Positions 25,316 through 38,143 of a DNA stretch of 64,000 nt are shown piece by piece. The position numbers and the translations under genes were made by a program. Each line of letters opens with the position of its first letter. Position 1 is the first letter of the stretch. The stretch is from Macrostomum lignano (Eukaryota), in NCBI GenBank assembly GCA_002269645.1, contig NIVC01000462.1, positions 401,516 to 465,515 of the forward strand. The letters run 5' to 3'. The notes under the pieces were generated by a model. It was not told where the DNA came from. It searched no databases and worked only from the letters and a program-made list of their open reading frames with translations.

Positions 25316-25764
25316 GTGACTATCTATCTGGCAGCCCCTTATCAGTTATTACTGCTCAACTACTAAGAGTTCAGACCTTCAAAGCAACTACGAGCTAAAA
25401 AACCAGGCACTTCTATCCAACTGGCAAATTCCCAGAAGTCTCCCATCTTTTTGACTTTCTCAGCATCATCCGATGCTAAAAATATCTCAAGTGCCCCCGT
25501 ACTCCAGCCCACGCGTTTCTAACGGAACTTTTCATTTGTTATCTGCAGCAAAAAACTCCCTCTGCTGGCATCCTTTCAGCAGCTGGGTTATTCCTCCTCC
25601 TGTGAGTCTGTATTTACATCCCAAGCACTCCCGCCCACTCACAGCCCCGCGCTTCCTGACCCGGATGAAGGCGTCCGTACTGAGCCAAGGAGACCGATTA
25701 GATAAGGATCTGGACTTGATCCAGCTCTGGCCCAAACACTGATTCTCCATAGCTGTACTCACTC

Positions 25765-27620
25765 TGAGAGGGGGTGATTCTTAGAGGGGCGATTCTTAAA
25801 GGGACGATTCTTAGAAATACGATTCTTAGAGGGACGATTCTCAAAGGGGTGATTATTAAAGGGGCGATTCTGAGAGGGGGGATTCTGAGAGGGCGATTCT
25901 TAGAGGGGCGATTCTTAGAGGGGCGATTCTTAGAAGGGAGATTCTTAGAGGGGCGATTCTTAGAGGGGGCGATTCTTAGAAATATGATTCTTAGAGGGAC
26001 GATTCTCAAAGGGGTGATTATTAAAGGGGCGATTCTGAGAGGGGGGATTCTGAGAGGGCGATTCTAAGAGGGGCGATTCTTAGAGGGGCGATTCTTAGAA
26101 GGGAGATTCTTAGAGGGGCGATTCTTAGAGGGGGCGATTCTTAGAAATATGATTCTTAAAAGGGAGATTCTTAGAGGGGAGATTCTTAGAGGGGAGATTC
26201 TTAGAGGGGCGATTCTTAGAAGGGAGATTCTTAGAGGGGCGATTCTTAGAGGGGGCGATTCTTAGAAATATGATTCTTAAAAGGGAGATTCTTAGAGGGG
26301 AGATTCTTAGAAGGGAGATTCTTAGAGGGGAGATTCTTAGAGGGGCGATTCTTAGAAGGGGTGATTATTAAAGGCGCGATTCTGAGAGGGCGATTCTTAG
26401 AAAGGTGATTATTAAAGGGGCGATTCTTAGAAAGGTGATTCTTAGAGGGGCGATTCTTAGAAGGGAGATTCTTAGAGGGGCGATTCTTAGAGGGGGCGAT
26501 TCTTAGAAATATGATTCTTAGAGGGACGATTCTCAAAGGGGTGATTATTAAAGGGGCGATTCTGAGAGGGGGGATTCTGAGAGGGCGATTCTTAGAGGGG
26601 CGATTCTTAGAGGGGCGATTCTTAGAAGGGAGATTCTTAGAGGGGCGATTCTTAGAGGGGCGATTCTTAGAAATATGATTCTTAAAAGGGAGATTCTTAG
26701 AGGGGAGATTCTTAGAGGGGAGATTCTTAGAGGGGCGATTCTTAGAAGGGAGATTCTTAGAGGGGCGATTCTTAGAGGGGGCGATTCTTAGAAATATGAT
26801 TCTTAAAAGGGAGATTCTTAGAGGGGAGATTCTTAGAAGGGAGATTCTTAGAGGGGAGATTCTTAGAGGGGCGATTCTTAGAAGGGGTGATTATTAAAGG
26901 GGCGATTCTGAGAGGGCGATTCTTAGAAAGGTGATTATTAAAGGGGCGATTCTTAGAAAGGTGATTCTTAGAGGGCGATTCTTAGAGGGGCGATTCTTAG
27001 AGGGGCGATTCTTAGAGGGGAGATTCTTAGAGGGCGATTCTCAGAGGGGTGATTCTTAGAGGGCGATTCTTATAGGGGCGATTCTTAGAGGGGCGATTCT
27101 TAGAGGGCGATTCTTAGAGGGCGATTCTTAGAGGGGCGATTCTGGGGAGGGACGATTCTTAGAGGGGCGATTCTTAGAGGGGAGATTCTTAGAGGGCGAT
27201 TCTTAGGGGGCGATTCTGAGAGGGCGATTATTAGAGGGGCGATTCTCAGAGAGGAGATTTTTAAAGGTGCGATTCTCAGAGGGGCGATTCTTAAAGGTGC
27301 GATTCTCAGAGGGGCGATTCTTAAAGGTGCGATTCTCAGAGGGGCGATTCTTGGAGGGGCGATTTTTAGAGGGGCGATTCTGAGAGGGGAGACTTATAGA
27401 GGGGCGATTCTTACAGGATGATTCTCAGAGGGGAGATTTTTAGAGGGGCGATTCTGAGAGGGGAGACTTATAGAGGGGCGATTCTTACAGGGTGATTCTC
27501 AGAGGGGAGATTTTTAGAAAGCCATTCTCAGAGGGGCGATTCTTGGAGGGAGATTCTTAGTGGGGACGTTCTTAGAGGAGCGATTCTTAGTGGGGCGATT
27601 CTCATAGGGACTATTCTCAG
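25765..27620 (+). repeat. ~15-bp minisatellite (GATTCTTAGAGGGGC)n, forward block 1
   Basis: Read directly. Confidence 0.95.
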
Positions 27621-27953
27621 TTAGAAAACTGTAATTTTAAAGGAATGCTGCATCAGAATTAATGCAGTATCGCAAATTTTTCGCTTCTCCAGTCTTGCAA
27701 AAAAACTTGTTTAGCTTATCACAGGAAGTAAAATGATGAAGCGCAAGCCCCCTAATTACACAAAGAGAGACACGTTTATCCAAGAGCTGTTGTTGCCATT
27801 TCAGATGAAAATATTTACAACCTGTGTTTCCCATATGGGAATAAAAAAATGTCAACTGCAATCAAAACAGCTATAATGAGGCCAGGGAGTGCTATGGATG
27901 GCTGGATTGGGGCCATTGAAATTTTCACCACTGAAACGTTTTGAAGCTTTAAA

Positions 27954-28253
27954 CCCCTCTGAGAATCGCCCCATTGTAAATCGCCTTTCTAAGGAACGTC
28001 CTCCTTCTAAGAATCTCCCCTCTAAGAATATTCCCTCTCAGAATCGCCCCCCTAAGAATCTCCGTCTAAGAATCGCACCCCTAAGAATCGCCGTCTAAGA
28101 ATCTCCCCTCTAAGAATCTCCCCTCTAAGATCGCCCTTCTAAAAATCGCCCTCTAAGAATCTCCCCCCTAAGAATCTCCCTCTAAGAATCGCACCCCTAA
28201 GAATCACCGTCTAAGAATCGCCCCTTTAAAAATCGCCCCTCTAAGATTCTCCC
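27954..28253 (-). repeat. Same ~15-bp minisatellite, inverted block
   Basis: CCCTCTAAGAATCGC is the reverse complement of the flanking blocks. Confidence 0.92.
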
Positions 28254-28666
28254 TGACGAAAGCGAACCTGAATGGAAGCCAGTCCGAACACAAAAGTTCA
28301 TAGATGCGAACACGAGGCAACTCGAAACTGGCACCCTGCAGAGTTGGCCTGCATTTCCTAAAAGCAGATCGCAACTGATTTGCAAACAGCTGCACAGAAT
28401 CTGCAGCACACGGAGACCCAGTTATCAGCCATTTCCACAAGCCAGTGCAGGCATTTCCATACAGCAGTTCCCACGCTTTTGTGCTTAGCGAAGGTTGCAG
28501 AGAAATGTAGTGTAGTACAAAATTGGAGATTAGGAATGACATACTGAGCAAGTGGCTGCAGCAAATGTACTTTTAAATCTTGTTTAGACCATGCTTACAA
28601 GTCTTGTGAAGAAATAGTTCAATTTCAATGTTGAAACATGCTTTTGATGTAGAGTCAAAGTAAGAC

Positions 28667-29510
28667 GGGCGATTCTTAGAAATGTTTCGAAGGGAGATTC
28701 TTAAAGGGGATTCTTAGAGGGCCATTCTCAGAAGGGCGATTCTTAGAGGGCCATTCTCAGAGGGGCGATTCTTAGAGGGCCATTCTCAGAGGGGCGATTC
28801 TTAGACGGCGATTCTTAGGGGTGATTCTTAAAGGGCAATATTTAAAGGGGCGATTCTTAGAGGAGCGACTCTCAGAGGGGCGATTCTTAGAGGGCGATAT
28901 TTAATGGCCTTAGAGGGGCGATTCTTAGAGGGCGATATTTAATGGCCTTAGAGGGGCGATTCTTAAAGGGGCGATTCTTAGAGGGGCGATTCTTAGAGGG
29001 AGATTCTTAAGGGGTGATTCTTAAAGGGCAATATTTAAAGGGGCGATTCTTAGAGGGCGATATTTAATGGCCTTAGAGGGGCGATTCTTAGAGGGCGATA
29101 TTTAATGGCCTTAGAGGGGCGATTCTTAAAGGGGCGATTCTTAGATGGGTGATTCTTAAAGGGGTGAATCTTAGAGGGGCGATTCTTAGAGGGCGATATT
29201 TAATGGCCTTAGAGGGGCGATTCTTAGAGGGGCGATTCTTAGAGGGGTGATTCTTAAAGGGGTGAATCTTAGAGGGGCGATTCTTAGAGGGGAGATTCTT
29301 AGAGAGACGATTCTTAGAGGGGCGATTCTTAAAGGGCAATATTTAAAGGGGCGATTCTTAGAGGGCGATTCTTAGAGGGGCGATTCTTAGAGGGGAGATT
29401 CTTAGAGGGGAGATTCTTAGAGGGGAGATTCTTAGAGGGGCGATTCTTGGAGGGGCGATTCTTAGAGGGGAGATTCTTAGAGAGACGATTCTTAGAGGGC
29501 GATTCTAAGA
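28667..29510 (+). repeat. Same ~15-bp minisatellite, forward block 2
   Basis: Read directly. Confidence 0.95.
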
Positions 29511-30094
29511 AATGAATTTACATCCACACTTAATATTTTCCGAGATGAGAAAACATTGCGCAAGTGATTTCATACTTATTATCAACCAGCCCATTGCTCG
29601 CACGCAGCTGATAGCATACTGTATCGAAGGCTTTCCCACGCTCTGATAGAAGAACCAAAATTATAATTTTTACTTATTTGTTGCCTTTGATGCCATGCAA
29701 GCTCAATAATAGTTTGAAAAACATCCATGCAAGGAAAAAGTGCTTTTTCTATTTCGTCATTCGGTACTCTTATTTGCTGATTTTAGTATAATTTTATTGA
29801 AAATGTGCACTGCACTACTTATTTCAGTAGAGAAGTATGAATGCAAAAGACAAGATATAAAAAATCGAGATTAAGCATGTTCCCTTTTTAAACGGATTCA
29901 AGCCTACATTTTAAGGATGTTATATGCTTTAGATGCTACTCTTAGTGAAAGCAAGTACCCTAGAGTGATTTTTGCTCTTAAAATTACTTTAAAAATTATA
30001 AAAAACTTGACACATTTTTTGTACTTGATTAGAAGAGAAGTAGACTGCGGTACACAGAAATATAAGAGAGGTAGACTGGATAGACAGCCAGATG

Positions 30095-30548
30095 GAGAAG
30101 TAGACAGGGACTGAGACCAAAATGTGGACAGGCACTGAGAAGTAGATAGGAATTGAGAAGTAGACAGGAACTGAGAAGTAGACAAAGACTGAGAAGTAGA
30201 CAGGGACTGAGAAGTAGACAGGAACTGAGAAGTAGACAGGGACTGAGAAGTAGACAGGGACTGAGAAGTAGACAGGAACTGAAAAGTAGACAGGAACTGA
30301 GAAGTAGACAGGGACAGAGGAGAAGTAGACAGGGACTGAGAAGTAGACAAGGACTGAGAAGTAGACAGGAACTGAGAAGTAGACAGGAGCTGAGAAGTAG
30401 ACAGGAACTGAGAAGTAGACAGGGACTGAGAAGTAGACAGGAACTGAGAAGTAGACAGGAACTGAGAAGTAGACAGGAACTGAGAAGTAGACAGGGACTG
30501 AGAAGTAGACAGGGACTGAGAAGTAGACAGAGACTGAAGAGTAGACAA
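30095..30548. repeat. 18-bp minisatellite (GAGAAGTAGACAGGRACT)n
   Basis: Read directly. Confidence 0.95.
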
Positions 30549-31544
30549 GAGAGAGAATGGCAAAGTGAGATTCAAGGCAGGTATTAAGCAGAATCGAGGC
30601 CCACACAGAATGAGCAGAGGGGCAGGGGGCAGATGAGCAGTCAGTGAACCGAATGGGACTCAGGCAGGATCTGAAGCTCTCGGAGCAATCTATCTGGATG
30701 GCTGGCAGTTGCAGCGGGGGGGGGTTTGGAACTCGTCAAAAATTGGCAAGTCATCAGGGAGGCAGTCAGCAGAGCCACCCCGCTCCCCAACCCCCCTCCT
30801 CCGCGGCAGGAGCAGCAAGCTGCTCATCAAAGATCGACTCAGATCGATGCCGAAGATAGTTCCCAGCCTCCGGGCCTTCATCCGTATCCTTACTTAGCTG
30901 GCCTTGAGTTCAACAATGCATATGAAAAGAGTCTGATGGTTGCCGGGGGGAGGGGCTTGGAGCTGATGAGAAGTCAGCCAAGAGCTTCGAGTCGACAACT
31001 TGAAGGGAGATTAAGGTTTGAGAGAGACTTAGCTGCACCGAATAGTTTAATGATGCCCGGTTGCTAGGGGAGGGGTGGTTCGGCCCTCAGACAGGTATTA
31101 ACCTGGGATTTCTTTAACTATCACTGGTCTGATTTGAAGACAGTCGGTCCCCTCTTACTCAAGCTCTCGAATCTACCCCACCAAGCCTGATATCGAAGTT
31201 CGAGTCCGTTGCAAAACCCGATTAGCATTTTACAATGCTGCCACAAGGCAGACACCAAGGACTTGATTGCCTAAACACATTAATAATCTTTAGTGCACCG
31301 GAGAGCTTTCAGTTTTCGTTTGTTAATTTTGCGCTGTCTGGCTGGCTATCAATAAATCAAAGCACGCTTTTTTCTAGTACCTTTTCTTCGCTGCATAAGG
31401 GCTGCAAAAGTGAAAATGCCAATAGAGCTGAGCCCCCGGGTGACCTGGATTCTATTTTAACAAAACAAACTGCAAAAGCAAACTACGCAGCAAAGCGAAA
31501 CAAAAAAGCAGAAGAAGAAGCATGATGAAGATGCACAGGTAGGA

Positions 31545-31669
31545 ACTCACCTTGATGCGGTTGCAGCCTTGGCATGGTCAGGACTCCTTTGACTCGAGAA
31601 GCTCACCCGCTTCCACCGAGCCACTGCAGAGACTGGACGCTCGTTGAGCTCGCTGGCTTTATTTATATA
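31545..31669 (-). promoter_or_regulatory. Candidate TATA promoter and first exon of an unidentified minus-strand transcript (ATG at 31575: MPRLQPHQ, then AAG|GTGAGT donor)
   Basis: TATATAAAT at 31661-31669, ATG about 60 nt downstream of the expected start site, perfect GTGAGT donor at 31545-31550. Confidence 0.5.
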
Positions 31670-32294
31670 CGGTAGGTGGCGCCTCGGACTGCGGAGCCTC
31701 ATATGAATTTGAAATGAGCGAAGGACACACACACACAGACACACGCTCGCACTGAGAGCTGAGCTGAGCGCATCAGGAGGGGCGCCAGCAGCTGAAGGCT
31801 TTTGAATATTCACCAATATTCCCTGGGCCGTCATGAATATGGAAGAGGCATTAGAATAATAATGAGAGAGAAAGGAGAGCAGAGCGGACAGTGAGGGGTC
31901 TGCGAAAGTCCTCCTCTGCTGCAGAGCAGAGTGGCTCCAGCAGGCGAGTGGCGCATTGCGTGTCAGCCTGTCTTGTCTGCCGCTTCTGGTGGGTGGCCGT
32001 CGGGAAAGTTCTCTGCATGACGGCAAATCTTCACGGCTATATGATGAGCTGGACTATTTGCATACAGACTAACGGGAGCTGCATGCTCACAGGGACTCGT
32101 CTAGCAGCATTGATCTCCCCAGTCTCTTGAGTTTGTTTGACTATGCCCTGTTGACTCTGCTAGCTAAGTCTTGTAGGAGCAACACAGAGGCCTGCAAATT
32201 GCTTCGATTCGAATTCTCAGCTGCCAAGTTATTGATTTCCTCGGATGTGAAGTTGTTAGGCCGGACATTGCTCAGCGCTATTGAGGGGGCAGTG

Positions 32295-32612
32295 TGACTC
32301 ATCTGAGTTATTGGAATCTGACTTGGGGGTGGTGGCATCTGACTCAGGGGTGTTGGAATTTGACTCAGGGGTGTTGGAATCTGACTTAGGGGTGTTCGAA
32401 TCTGACTCAGGGGTATTGGAATTTGACTCAGGGGTGTTGGAATTTGACTCAGGGGTATTGGAATTTGACTCAGGGGTGTTGGAATTTGACTCAGGGGTAT
32501 TAGAATCTGACTCAGGGGTGTTGGAATCTGACTCAGGGGTGTTGGAATCTGACTCAGGGGTGTTGGAATCTGACTCAGGGGTGGTGGAATCTGACTCAAG
32601 GGTGTTGTAATC
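32295..32612. repeat. 21-bp minisatellite (GGAATCTGACTCAGGGGTGTT)n
   Basis: Read directly; most units contain TGACTCA. Confidence 0.95.
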
Positions 32613-33135
32613 TGACACATGCGGATAACTGACACAGGCGGATAACTGACACAGGCGGATAACTGACACAGGTGGATAACTGACACAGGTGGATAACTGA
32701 CACAGGCGGATAACTGACACAGGTGGATAACTGACACAGGCGGATAACTGACACAGGTGGATAACTGACACAGGCGGATAACTGACACAGGTGGATAACT
32801 GACACAGGCGGATAACTGACACAGGCGGATAACTGACACAGGTGGATAACTGACACAGGTGGATAACTGACACAGGTGAATAACTGACACAGGCGGATAA
32901 CTGACACAGGTGGATAACTGACACAGGTGGATTACTGACACAGGTGGATAACTGACACAGGTAGGTAGCTGACACAGGTGAATAACTGACGCAGGTAGAT
33001 AACTGACACAGGCGGATAACTGACACAGGCGGATAACTGACACAGGCGGATAACTGACACAGGTGGATAACTGACACAGGTGGACTACTGACACAGGTGG
33101 ATAACTGACACAGGTAGGTAGCTGACACAGGTGAA
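32613..33135. repeat. 17-bp minisatellite (GGATAACTGACACAGGY)n
   Basis: Read directly. Confidence 0.95.
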
Positions 33136-33576
33136 GAATTACTGCAGAAAAGCTTATTCACTCAACTCCCATTTCAAATCCCAACTTCAGCTTTCTCAGA
33201 AAGTCAACTCAAGAGGAAGCGGCGGCGGCTCAACAGTGGAGTGGAACGTGATAGAGCATTAATAATTGGGGAAGAGACTCCGGATCCTCCTGGGAGATTA
33301 GGGATTAGCGGAACGGGAAAGGCAAGAGCGGATTACGGGGACTGCAGCGGGCAGGAAGCAGATCCACCAGTCAAATTTGATAAGAAATCTTTGTACGGAA
33401 AGAGAACCGCGCCTTTTGAAAATTTTGAAGTCATTCAAAGCATGACAAGGGTCCGGTGTTTGCCCGAGACAATCAGCTGAGGATCAGGCAAGACCTCAGG
33501 CATTCGTGCACTGTACGGGTAAATATATCATAATGGAAGCTTCTTCGTGATATCTGTGTAGCCCAACTCGAAATCT

Positions 33577-34575
33577 GGAAAGTGGCACGCCATCATTGAC
33601 ACCCAAAAAGTGGCACGACATTAATGACACCCAAAAAGTGGCACGACATTAATGACACCCAAAAAGTGGCACGACATTAATGACACCCGAAAAGTGGCAC
33701 GCCATTATTGACAACCGAATAGTGGCATGCCATTATTGACAACTGAAAAGTGGCATGCCATTATTGACAACTGAAAAGTGGCTCGCCATTATTGACGCCC
33801 AAAAAGTGGCATGCCAATATTGACAACTGAAAAGTGGCTCGCCATTATTGACGCCCAAAAAGTGGCATGCCATTAATGACGCTCGAAAAGTGGCACGCCA
33901 TTATTGACACCCGAAAGGTGGCACGACATTAATGACAACCGAAAAGTGGCACGCCATTATTGACAGCCGAAAAGTGGCACGACATTAATGACAACCGAAA
34001 AGTGGCACGCCATTATTGACAGCCGAAAAGTGGCACGCCATTATTGACGCCCAAAAAGTGGCATGCCAATATTGACAACTGAAAAGTGGCTCGCCATTAT
34101 TGACGCCCAAAAAGTGGCATGCCAATATTGACAACTGAAAAGTGGCTCGCCATTATTGACGCCCAAAAAGTGGCATGCCATTAATGACGCTCGAAAAGTG
34201 GCACGCCATTATTGACAGCCGAAAAGTGGCACGACATTAATGACAACCGAAAAGTGGCACGCCATTATTGACACCCGAAAAGTGGCACGACATTAATGAC
34301 AACCGAAAAGTGGCACGCCATTATTGACAGCCAAAAAGTGGCACGCCATTATTGACGCCCAAAAAGTGGCATGCAAATATTGACAACTGAAAAGTGGCTC
34401 GCCATTATTGACGCCCAAAAAGTGGCATGCCATTAATGACGCTCGAAAAGTGGCACGCCATTATTGACACCCGAAAAGTGGCACGACATTAATGACACCC
34501 GAAAAGTGGCACGACATTATTGACAACCGAATAGTGGCACGCCATTATTGACACCCGGATAGTGGCACGCCATTT
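33577..34575. repeat. 28-bp minisatellite (AAAAGTGGCACGCCATTATTGACACCCG)n
   Basis: Read directly. Confidence 0.95.
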
Positions 34576-35000
34576 TTGACGTTGTTGCGACGCAGACTGT
34601 GACCGTCAGCTTCAACCGACGGAGCATGCTTCATCATCGTACGGAAAAGAGTCCTTGGCACCCCCCGCGAAAGACCACAGAGGATTGGACACTGCACCAA
34701 AAGGAGCCCAGGCGTCTGGGCCGACCCTTTCCTCCAGTCCCAGAAAGCTGTTGATATGCAAAGTTTATGCAAATTTTGATAATCCCTGGCTACCCGCGAT
34801 CTGGGGCCGGTCTAAGAGCGTTCGGGGTTGCGGCCGCTGGCTGGGCGTGCATCTCCATAACTCCATCAAGCAGTGTTTAACATATAAATGAACGGGCCAT
34901 AATTGAATAGTGACTCTCCGGCTGAGACTGCCGGCTGGGAAGCGAGGGGTGGAGGAGGAGGAGGAGATGAGCGGCGAGGAGATTCCGGGAGGCGAACGGA

Positions 35001-35200
35001 TATAAAGAGACGCCGCGCTCCCGTCTTGATGTTGGCAACTCTCGTCGGTCTCTAGGCCGGGCTTCGCAACGCGTGTCCTGCCGCTTGCTTCTTGGCTGCT
35101 GGCTCCTGGAAGAAGAAGATTAAAAAAGAAAGAAGACTCAAAGAAGACTGGCAACCATGCGGTTGCTCTGAGCTGCGACAGTGTCAGAGGGCAGGTAAGT
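35001..35200 (+). promoter_or_regulatory. Candidate TATA promoter and first exon of an unidentified plus-strand transcript
   Basis: TATAAAG at 35001-35007 after a GC-rich proximal region; ACCATG at 35157 (4-codon ORF MRLL*); perfect CAG|GTAAGT donor at 35194/35195. Confidence 0.5.
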
Positions 35201-36235
35201 GAACGACTGTCATTGGCCATCCTAAAACTCCTTCCCCAACCCTTCTCGCACTACAGAGTGATCAACGGGTTTAATTAAAACAAACTGTAGCCGAAATTAA
35301 ATGCAAATTCCAGTTCCCCCGAAAGACAACACGCGGCCTCTCACTGGACAGCGTCTTCCGGGGGGGGGCAATAAAGGCTTTAGAAAATAAACTAACTCAA
35401 CAGGGAATTAGTAGCGGCTTTACCATACGAGCTATAGCCATTTTTACTGCTTTGAGTTGGTGTGAAAATCCAGGAGACTGAAAAAAACACTACAGAGAAT
35501 GGCTGACTGACTGACTGACTGATGAAGACTGATGAAGACTGAAGACCAATCAAGCGGTCTCATCCTTCCAAGCCTCAACACCTCGGACTTGTGCGAGTCT
35601 GGCGCTACTGTTTAATAAGCTCATTTGAGAGGGGGACGGCTCTCGGCTCGCCGCCTTCATTCATTTGGCTGTAGAAGCAGAAGAAAAATGAGCAGGCTGA
35701 GAGAGAGAGAAGTTTTCTAACGGGATTTATCCCACACTCCCACACCGAGCACGCGTCCCGACTCCAAGGGGCCGACGGACCGCGAGCTCTGATGAAACTC
35801 CGAGGTCCTAATTCCCAAATCAATCAGACGGACTTGGGACTCGGCCTGTCGGCGGAACGCCGGCGGAGAAAATGAGAGAGAGAGAGAGAGAGAGAGGGGG
35901 AATAAGATCCCCTACTGTGGATCCGGAGAATCTTCTGGTGTCTCCGCGACTTCGCGCCCCCAACGGACTGGCAGAGAAACTGCAGGGGAGACGAGGAGAG
36001 CACATGGGGATAGGAGAGAAAAAGTCCCCCCAATCTATTCTGTCTGCCTGAGCTGCCCGCACCGACTCAAGCTGGGTGGGAATTCATCTTTTTAGAGGAT
36101 TTGGAGGGATATTGGCGTGTGCTGGGGAGTTTTTGGGGCTCGACAGGCGATCCTGAGCGGCTGCCTGCTGGACACGAACTGCATGGGCTCTCGTAGCATA
36201 ACTTGGGCACGCTTCGCTGAGATGAACTGAGATCC

Positions 36236-37245
36236 GACACTGAGACAGACACTGAGACAGACACTGAGACAGACACTGAGACAGACACTGAGACAGACAC
36301 TGAGACAGACACTGAGACAGACACTGAGACAGACACTGAGACAGACACTGATACAGACACTAAGACAGGCACTAAGACAGACACTGAGACAGATACTGAG
36401 ACAGACACTGAGACAGACACTGAGACAGATACTGAGACAGACACTGAGACAGACACTGAGACAGACACTGAGACAGACACTAAGACAGGCACTGAGACAG
36501 ACACTGAGACAGACACTGAGACAGACACTGAGACAGACACTGAGACAGACACTGAGACAGACACTGAGACAGACACTGAGACAGACACTGATACAGACAC
36601 TAAGACAGACACTAAGACAGACACTGAGACAGACACTGAGACAGACACTGAGACAGACACTGAGACAGACACTGAGACAGACACTAAGACAGGCACTAAG
36701 ACAGACACTGAGACAGACACTGAGACAGACACTGAGACAGACACTGAGACAGACACTGAGACAGACACTGAGACAGACACTGAGACAGACACTGAGACAG
36801 ACACTGAGACAGACACTGAGACACTGAGACAGAGACACTGAGACAGAGACACTGAGACAGAGACACTGAGACAGAGACACTGAGACAGACACTGAGACAC
36901 TAAGACAGACACTAAGACAGACACTGAGACAGACACTGAGACAGACACTGAGACAGACACTGAGACAGACACTGAGACAGACACTGAGACAGACACTGAG
37001 ACAGACACTGAGACAGACACTGAGACAGACACTGAGACAGACACTGAGACAGACACTGAGACAGACACTGAGACACTGAGACAGAGACACTGAGACAGAG
37101 ACACTGAGACAGAGACACTGAGACAGAGACACTGAGACAGAGACACTGAGACAGACACTGAGACACTGAGACAGACACTGAGACAGACACTGAGACAGAC
37201 ACTAAGACAGACATTGAGACAAACACTGAGACAGACACCAAGACA
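36236..37245. repeat. 12-bp minisatellite (GACAGACACTGA)n
   Basis: Reverse complement of the 9533-10263 unit. Confidence 0.97.
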
Positions 37246-38143
37246 GGCCAAATGTAATTAGACAATACTGAATAGGCAAAGCGCCTGCCACAAAAAAGTG
37301 TCTCAATTTCCAGCTGGTTTAAGCCTCGGGCCCATTGTTGCACTTCCTGGCCTGGCCGGAGCCACACTTTCCCCGCTGTATCTTATTACGAAATTTTTAA
37401 TTAAGGAAATTTAATAGCCATAACTTTGCTGTCGAAGCCCAGCAAAACACACAGCAGGAGTAGCAGCAGCTCAAAACTCCGCCACATGTAGCGAAGGCCG
37501 AATTGCATTGAGGATTCTCACTTCGAACGCGTCCCAAGTCGTGTCTGATGAGGCCAAATTGCCCGGAGTTTGGCTGGGCCTTCCGACCAGTCGCTACAAA
37601 AGAGGCAACAAAAACCCAACACACACAGACACACACGAGAATTCATCTCCCAAATGCCTTGCAAAGTGAAAGATATTGTTGAAAAGACGAAATTGCATCC
37701 CTAATTCCCGGACACCAGCCAAAGGGCGGGGAAGTTTTCACCCCAGAGTCTGGACTCAGAACTCTGGAGACACCATCGTGAGACGAGCGAATGTGGGATA
37801 ATTTTTAATTCCTTTCGCTGTCCCAGTTTCCCCCAAACATTCCTGGTGGCTGTTTTTTGCTCGATTTTCTTCGGGCACGTTTCTCGGCTTTGCGCATGAG
37901 CGCACGTCGCTTCAGGCAGAGGTGCGAAAGTTGAGCAGAGTTCAAGAACCAAATAGTGGAAATTAATTAATTAACTTTCACCTCTTCGATTTTCTATGGG
38001 TCTGATTTGAAGAGTGAACTCAAGTGACAGCTTCTGAGACAGCGATTGCGCGGCAGGTGTCAGAAAGGGACAGAATAATCACCTTGAGAAGTGCTCACTA
38101 TCGTAGGGCATGAGAACAGCTATACAAAATTTCAGGATCGCTA

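Noticed and set aside
25336-25347. 12-nt complement to the 3' end of miR-184 (CCCTTATCAGTT)
   Set aside because: Match stops before the seed region; no hairpin.
35169-35171. Selenocysteine call for the in-frame TGA
   Set aside because: No Cys/Sec-type motif context, no SECIS identified and the downstream exon is only a guess; retained only as an alternative within a finding.
37337-37355. miR-92-like string GTTGCACTTCCTGGCCTGG
   Set aside because: Seed mismatch (GTTGCAC vs ATTGCAC) and no complementary 5' arm.
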